In this document: positions 58,934 through 64,000 of the stretch, piece after piece
Numbering within the stretch: position 1 is the stretch's first letter
Layout of the letters: every line of letters starts with the position of its first letter
Source of the DNA: a virus
Taxonomy: Duplodnaviria > Caudoviricetes
Strand: one strand, 5' to 3'
Length of the DNA stretch: 64,000 nucleotides
Virus record (IMG/VR): IMGVR_UViG_3300037067_018912
Location: 32,001 to 96,000 of that record
Program-made: the position numbers and the translations under genes
The notes under the pieces: model-generated
What the model saw: only the letters and a program-made list of their open reading frames with translations
What the model was told of the DNA's origin: nothing
Databases searched by the model: none

Positions 58934-59659
58934 TTAAAACCTGTAGTCCATCCCCATATAATTCAGCAACGGTGAGATCATTCCAAACGATTCCATATTA
59001 AATGGAGTATTTGTGCAATGATAGATTTTGAGATAGTGATCGTAATCGTAAGAATTTCCCCCGTGATAAACATAGACGTATAAATGCGGCATCCCTTTAA
59101 TAAGAAGTTCTTTTAAATGAAAGCATTTGGCAATTTCAACATCTTCACCATATTGAATATCATCGGGATATTTGTAATCAATACTTGTTTTGAACATGAT
59201 TGATGAAGGTATTCCACCAATATAATTATGTATTGACCATCTGTTTGTCGATAGAATATGTGTGTTCTTGAAATACATCATGAACTCCGTCAAAAGACAA
59301 TAATCGTAATCATCTCCAATTATGGCTTCGTATTGTTTCTCAATTCTTTCTGCATGACAGAGATCATCATCGTCCCATTGAACACAATAATCTCCGGAAG
59401 CATGATTTATCGACACATTTCTCAATGCCCCCATTGGAAGTTTGTGCTCATGATAAACCAATTTGATATTATGATCCTTATATTTATTCAAAAGGTCTAT
59501 TAATCCATTCCTGGTCTCAGTATCACAATCAGTTACCACCACCAATTCCTTATTTTTCCAAGTTTGATTGGCATAACAATATAATGCCCCATCAATAATT
59601 TCCGGGTTCACCCCCCTGGTGACCATAAGACAACTAATCAGCGGTTTTTCCTTGTTCAT
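58934..59659 (-). CDS. Glycosyltransferase family 2
   Basis: PLISCLMVT, QTW.NKELVVV, GALRN, QWDDDD, GED. Confidence 0.9.
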   Translation of the reverse strand: MNKEKPLISCLMVTRGVNPEIIDGALYCYANQTWKNKELVVVTDCDTETRNGLIDLLNKYKDHNIKLVYHEHKLPMGALRNVSINHASGDYCVQWDDDDLCHAERIEKQYEAIIGDDYDYCLLTEFMMYFKNTHILSTNRWSIHNYIGGIPSSIMFKTSIDYKYPDDIQYGEDVEIAKCFHLKELLIKGMPHLYVYVYHGGNSYDYDHYLKIYHCTNTPFNMESFGMISPLLNYMGMDYRF

Positions 59660-59663
59660 ATTC

Positions 59664-60389
59664 CTAATATCTGTATTCAAAACCCGCCTTATCGAGCATT
59701 GGCGTCACCTTATCGAGAACATCCATGTCAAAAGGGATTTTTGTTTCATTATATAAACTGAGATAATGATAATAATCATAACAGTTATGCCCATGATAGT
59801 TGTAAATATACAAAAACGGCATATTATCTACAAGACAACATTTTAATTTTGTATTCTCAGCGATTACAGTATCCTCACCCAAATGCGTTCCATCAGGATA
59901 TCTGTATTTAATATTCTTCCTAAACATTATGCTTGCGGGCTTACCAACAATCGAATAATGATCCGGCCATCTGTTCATCGACAATAATTTGGTGTTTCTG
60001 AAATACATCATGTAGTTCTTGAGAAGGCAATAATCATATCCTTTGCCATCAATCAAATGAAAAAATTGCTTTTCAATCCTTTCCGCATGATAAAGATCGT
60101 CATCATCCCATTGGATACAATAATCTCCGGAAGCGTTCCTGATTGAAACATTTCTTAAAGCACCTAATGGCATTTTTTTGTCCGGAATGGCAAGTTTAAT
60201 CTTTTCATCCTTGTATTTTTCCAAAAAGGCTTCAAGGCATTCCAAACTTATTGGATCACAATCAGGAACTATAACAAGTTCCTTGTTCTCATATGTTTGC
60301 GATATATAGCAATATATTGCATTATCGATGAAATTCAAGTTGGCTGCCCTCGTAACCATGAGGCAACTAACCAACGGTAATCCTGGCAT
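59664..60389 (-). CDS. Glycosyltransferase family 2 (tandem paralog)
   Basis: PLVSCLMVT, QTY.NKELVIV, GALRN, QWDDDD, GED. Confidence 0.9.
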   Translation of the reverse strand: MPGLPLVSCLMVTRAANLNFIDNAIYCYISQTYENKELVIVPDCDPISLECLEAFLEKYKDEKIKLAIPDKKMPLGALRNVSIRNASGDYCIQWDDDDLYHAERIEKQFFHLIDGKGYDYCLLKNYMMYFRNTKLLSMNRWPDHYSIVGKPASIMFRKNIKYRYPDGTHLGEDTVIAENTKLKCCLVDNMPFLYIYNYHGHNCYDYYHYLSLYNETKIPFDMDVLDKVTPMLDKAGFEYRY

Positions 60390-60410
60390 TGCAAATAAAC
60401 GTTTTAAAAA

Positions 60411-61319
60411 CTACTGCACTTCGCTCGTTATGTCGTCGAAATTCTGCGTTTCGTCGATATTTTCTCTTTTTTCCTTAACTTCAAACAGTGGGACGTTTGT
60501 GGTATCATCCTTGATTTCATACAGGTTAATTTGTTTGGTTATCGCCCTGTCTTTATTGTAATATGTTAAAATGCCTTTTTGAACATCTTTAATCTGTTCA
60601 CCCGCCACAACATCCATTATCGTGTCAAGCGTGTTCTCCACGAGTTCAACTTCGATTGTCAATGGGGTAAAAAATGTATTTGATAACAACATTTCTTGTC
60701 CCGGCGTGCCGATGAATGGATATGAATTCGGCTTAACGTCCGATGAACTGCTTGGCGTTAATTGAATGAAAACAAGTGAACCAGAATCATCGAAACGGTA
60801 TCTTTGTGTTTTCTGACTCGTGTTTCCAACATTCTCGCTAACCGCCACAACCTTATTCGAAGTCACCACATACCTGAAAACATTGCGTAATTTCGTATTG
60901 TCAGAATTAATGTACTCAATACGGTATCCTTGCAAAGCATTGTTTGCCCTCAATCCATCAGGAAGATCATTAAGGTTGACCACCAATCCTTTAATCGTAG
61001 GAAGTGCCGACAAAACACCGCAATCCTTAATCTCGATAGGTTCGAGCACTTTGGGTTTTATGTAAATCGTATAAATCCCCAATTGATTAAAAATTGATGC
61101 GGGAAGTCTCAGGTTATAAAGACCTTCCAAAAGATTTTCATAGCCAACCCGCTGTTCACTTTGCGGCAGGTAGCAATACGACAACATATCACTTGGCGAT
61201 TCGATCTTGAATATGTCGTCGTTCAACGTCTGCCTGTCAGGGATATAGTTGTAATAAATGTCGATGTCTTCGATGCTGACATCTGCAGGTCTTGTTATAC
61301 CGTATGTTCCTATCGCCAT
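60411..61319 (-). CDS. Virion structural protein (baseplate module)
   Basis: Position in the baseplate operon. Confidence 0.65.
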   Translation of the reverse strand: MAIGTYGITRPADVSIEDIDIYYNYIPDRQTLNDDIFKIESPSDMLSYCYLPQSEQRVGYENLLEGLYNLRLPASIFNQLGIYTIYIKPKVLEPIEIKDCGVLSALPTIKGLVVNLNDLPDGLRANNALQGYRIEYINSDNTKLRNVFRYVVTSNKVVAVSENVGNTSQKTQRYRFDDSGSLVFIQLTPSSSSDVKPNSYPFIGTPGQEMLLSNTFFTPLTIEVELVENTLDTIMDVVAGEQIKDVQKGILTYYNKDRAITKQINLYEIKDDTTNVPLFEVKEKRENIDETQNFDDITSEVQ

Positions 61320-61320
61320 T

Positions 61321-61767
61321 TTAACTGTTTTGTATTATGTTGAAATATTTTCCGCCAGCATATGTCTCCAAATCCAAAAGGTTTCTAACGAATTCTAACT
61401 TATAATTCTTGTCGAATGCCGACACCTCCTGTCTGACTATAAATACATCATCGTCTATTTTTGGATTACTAACGATCTTTTCTTTATCCGGATTTTTGAA
61501 TATCGGTGCTGAAATAAAATCAGGACTGTTTGTACCTTGCGCAGTGAATGAAAACGTCGTGCAAAGTGTGACCCCATCCGAAATCACATCAACATAACCC
61601 ATACTGTTTATATAATAGACATAGCAACTGCCCTGCACCGAAGCGTTGTAATCCACTCCATCACTAACCGATGAACCATTGGAAACATACTTTTCCTCAT
61701 ATGTGGGATTTACAGCATATTTTTCCAATTCGCTCAACCTGCTATATGTAGTACCCGTTACTGTCAT
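61321..61767 (-). CDS. Virion structural protein
   Basis: Position in the baseplate operon. Confidence 0.65.
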   Translation of the reverse strand: MTVTGTTYSRLSELEKYAVNPTYEEKYVSNGSSVSDGVDYNASVQGSCYVYYINSMGYVDVISDGVTLCTTFSFTAQGTNSPDFISAPIFKNPDKEKIVSNPKIDDDVFIVRQEVSAFDKNYKLEFVRNLLDLETYAGGKYFNIIQNS

Positions 61768-61769
61768 TT

Positions 61770-62360
61770 TTATTCTATTTCATATCCAACCACCGCTTGT
61801 TGATTTTTCAAGAAATATATTGTCATACCATATCCAATCTTCCCTTCCGCATTTCTTGCAAATGCCCTGAAATATATTTTATTACCAACAAATTGCAATA
61901 AAGCAATTTTTATTGAGTATAAAACATTTATGTTGATCGAATTCTCGATTGATGTTTTTTTAACCTTAACATCCGAATTGTTGTATAATAATGTTGCATT
62001 TGTAGTATAAAATTCTGAGGCAATCACCCCGTATTCAACAATGGGTGAGCCACCCGTGTTTGTCACTTTATTGCCACTGACCCCCATAAATACACCAACA
62101 GTGCTCGCAACTCCTGTAACCACTGTTGGAGCGATTGTTGTACCGCCCAATGTACCAGAAAGGGTAGTAGTCCCACCTTCAACAGCAGTATTCCCGGTAG
62201 TGTATGCATCGAAAAATCCCATATCCTGCGCTTCTTGCGTCAGACAGACTTTGAATGTATAATAGATATTTATGTCCGGTATAATGATGCAACATTCCGT
62301 ACAACCCGTGGTTGCTCCGGTGGTCATCACACGCTGTATGGTCTTTTTCAAAACTTCCAT
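61770..62360 (-). CDS. Virion structural protein with C-terminal FN3-like domain
   Basis: PTVVT...VTNTGGSPIVEYGV...YFRAFARN.EG..YG. Confidence 0.6.
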   Translation of the reverse strand: MEVLKKTIQRVMTTGATTGCTECCIIIPDINIYYTFKVCLTQEAQDMGFFDAYTTGNTAVEGGTTTLSGTLGGTTIAPTVVTGVASTVGVFMGVSGNKVTNTGGSPIVEYGVIASEFYTTNATLLYNNSDVKVKKTSIENSININVLYSIKIALLQFVGNKIYFRAFARNAEGKIGYGMTIYFLKNQQAVVGYEIE

Positions 62361-64000
62361 TATACAATCTTCTTTCTCAAATATACCTTAATATCCTTTT
62401 CGGGATACCTGATTTCGAACATCGAATCCTCTGTTGAATGTATTGTATTGTTTACGAGGTCTATCTCACCTGTTGTTGTATTCACAATATTTTGTGGAAT
62501 GACGTTGTTTGAATACTGACCGCCGACTTTATTATAAACTTTGATGCTAATAACGTTTACTACCCCATTTGCCTGCAATATCTGCCTTTGTAATTGGCCG
62601 AGGAACACGTCTTGGTTCATCTCGTAATCGTTGATGTCAAAATATTCCTTAACAAGAGATATTATGCTATTGGCCACTTGATTATCAGCGATGTTTTCGA
62701 CATATACGTCAATATCAAACGCTAAATTAAATATCTTACCGTCTTTAACCTCAACATAGTCGTTGATCATGCGATATTGGGACAAATATTCCGCAATATT
62801 GTCCTTCAACAGCGAATTACTCGTGTTTGACAACTTCCCATCAGACCCCAATCCGAGAATTGAGATCACGACTTTATTATTTTGTTTAAAAACATTGGTA
62901 CGGAATGGTGATCCGAACTTCCCCGGCATCTTGTAAATCTGCATCAAATAATCTGTAAGGGTGACATTCCGGTACTGTCCCGAAAAATTATATTTTACCA
63001 ACTGCCTGATCTGTTCCACACTCAACCCATCATTTCCACCTATCGCCGGGATCGGATTGTTCGCCATTAAACTTCTTTGGACAGCCTGGTTGAGATCAGA
63101 ACGTGAACCAAGAACCCTCAAATTGTAACTGCCGAGTTGCGTCAATACGCCGCTTCCAAGATTCGATGCACTACCGCCCCCTGTCCTGTATTTCACGAAC
63201 AGCGTATATCCGGCTTTAAGTTTCTCACCCAAAGCAGTGTTATTCAAAAAATTTTCAAGGAAACCACGGTTGCTGACCCCTTCTTTCAAGAACCCCTCGG
63301 TAAATGCGTTGACATCAGCATCACCAGACCCAAAGGTTAATTTACAAAAACCGTTTGCAGTGAATTCTTTGATGAATTTTTTCGTTACATCAATCCACCT
63401 ACCTGCTTTCAAACCATTTGTATTGGTATTGGCTTGTGAACTATTAGTGTTCTCAACGAAAACTTTTTGTTGAGCCAAGTAGTCCACTTCGTAATACCTG
63501 TAATCGTCATTATAAAAATCACTCATGGAAGGGTTCGACGAATAATTCGTACCTTCCAAAAGGATAATACTTTCAATCTCAATAATACTTGGATCGGGCA
63601 ATGTCACAGAGAAGAATGGTATAACATCCCCCGCAGTTATGGTTCTCTTAAAAATATTTGTTGAACCGTTTATTACAACCTCCCGTTTGGTTACACTGTA
63701 ATTCTGAATGATTCCATTAGAGTCCAAGTTTGGAATTATCGAACGATTTGGGTCTCCGAGCGTGCTTATTGCAGAACTCCAATCAATGTTTTCCTGTGTC
63801 TCAAATGTTTTTCCGCCGCCAACCACCTGCGCACCTTTTTCAAGCACAGGATAATATGACACATCCGGTCTATCTCCAAGGACGGGAACGTTTACGGTGA
63901 AATCAATGACCGTCACTGACGCTCTGCGTGCGGGAATGTTGAAACCCATATTTTTTGCAATATTCAATATGGATGCTTTTTGTTGCGCATATTCAAGTTG
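62360..64000 (-). CDS. Baseplate wedge protein (T4 gp6-like), 5' end outside the window
   Basis: NIAK.MG, FGSG, YRTGGG..SN, NP.PA.GG.D..S.EQIR, Q.R.VT..DY; frame open to the window edge. Confidence 0.85.
   Translation of the reverse strand, partial: QLEYAQQKASILNIAKNMGFNIPARRASVTVIDFTVNVPVLGDRPDVSYYPVLEKGAQVVGGGKTFETQENIDWSSAISTLGDPNRSIIPNLDSNGIIQNYSVTKREVVINGSTNIFKRTITAGDVIPFFSVTLPDPSIIEIESIILLEGTNYSSNPSMSDFYNDDYRYYEVDYLAQQKVFVENTNSSQANTNTNGLKAGRWIDVTKKFIKEFTANGFCKLTFGSGDADVNAFTEGFLKEGVSNRGFLENFLNNTALGEKLKAGYTLFVKYRTGGGSASNLGSGVLTQLGSYNLRVLGSRSDLNQAVQRSLMANNPIPAIGGNDGLSVEQIRQLVKYNFSGQYRNVTLTDYLMQIYKMPGKFGSPFRTNVFKQNNKVVISILGLGSDGKLSNTSNSLLKDNIAEYLSQYRMINDYVEVKDGKIFNLAFDIDVYVENIADNQVANSIISLVKEYFDINDYEMNQDVFLGQLQRQILQANGVVNVISIKVYNKVGGQYSNNVIPQNIVNTTTGEIDLVNNTIHSTEDSMFEIRYPEKDIKVYLRKKIV

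Noticed and set aside
1-64000. Stop-codon reassignment as in some Bacteroidota phages
   Set aside because: Long genes are intact in code 11, and TAG (e.g. 24903, 55181, 60411) and TGA both end well-packed genes
1-64000. CRISPR array, diversity-generating retroelement, or integrase/transposase
   Set aside because: No regularly spaced repeats, reverse transcriptase, or recombinase/transposase ORF was seen by eye; a self dot-plot would be needed to fully exclude short TR/VR pairs

Overview
A 64 kb fragment of a large (jumbo-type) tailed dsDNA phage genome, most likely a myovirus infecting Bacteroidota. Host evidence is repeated TTTG-N19-21-TAnnTTTG promoters, no obvious Shine-Dalgarno sequences, and a Bacteroides-like thioredoxin. 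The genetic code looks standard. Layout: (1) 1-10.6 kb, minus strand: nucleotide-metabolism and accessory genes (Nudix, DHFR, PTH2-like, deoxyribosyltransferase, DNA ligase), a 170-nt tRNA-like RNA with large insertions, and a J-domain pseudokinase / vWA / divergent PurA / ATP-grasp cluster. (2) 10.7-22 kb, plus strand: accessory genes (3D domain, HD, SPFH, two DEDD exonucleases, thioredoxin, HAD, membrane proteins, M23 peptidase). (3) 22-64 kb, minus strand: tail fibre, amidases, a 1.3-kaa modular head protein, dCMP deaminase, fused Mre11-Rad50, radical SAM, sigma factor, primase, RuvC, then a baseplate/tail module. That module contains Cys-rich repeat-domain proteins with Thr-rich linkers and three interleaved glycosyltransferases. 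A GTATTTAT motif marks putative late promoters. Top candidates for undescribed biology: virion protein glycosylation/Cys modification, the PurA-like/vWA/pseudokinase module, and the expanded tRNA-like RNA. All assignments are from motif reading by eye; no searches were run.
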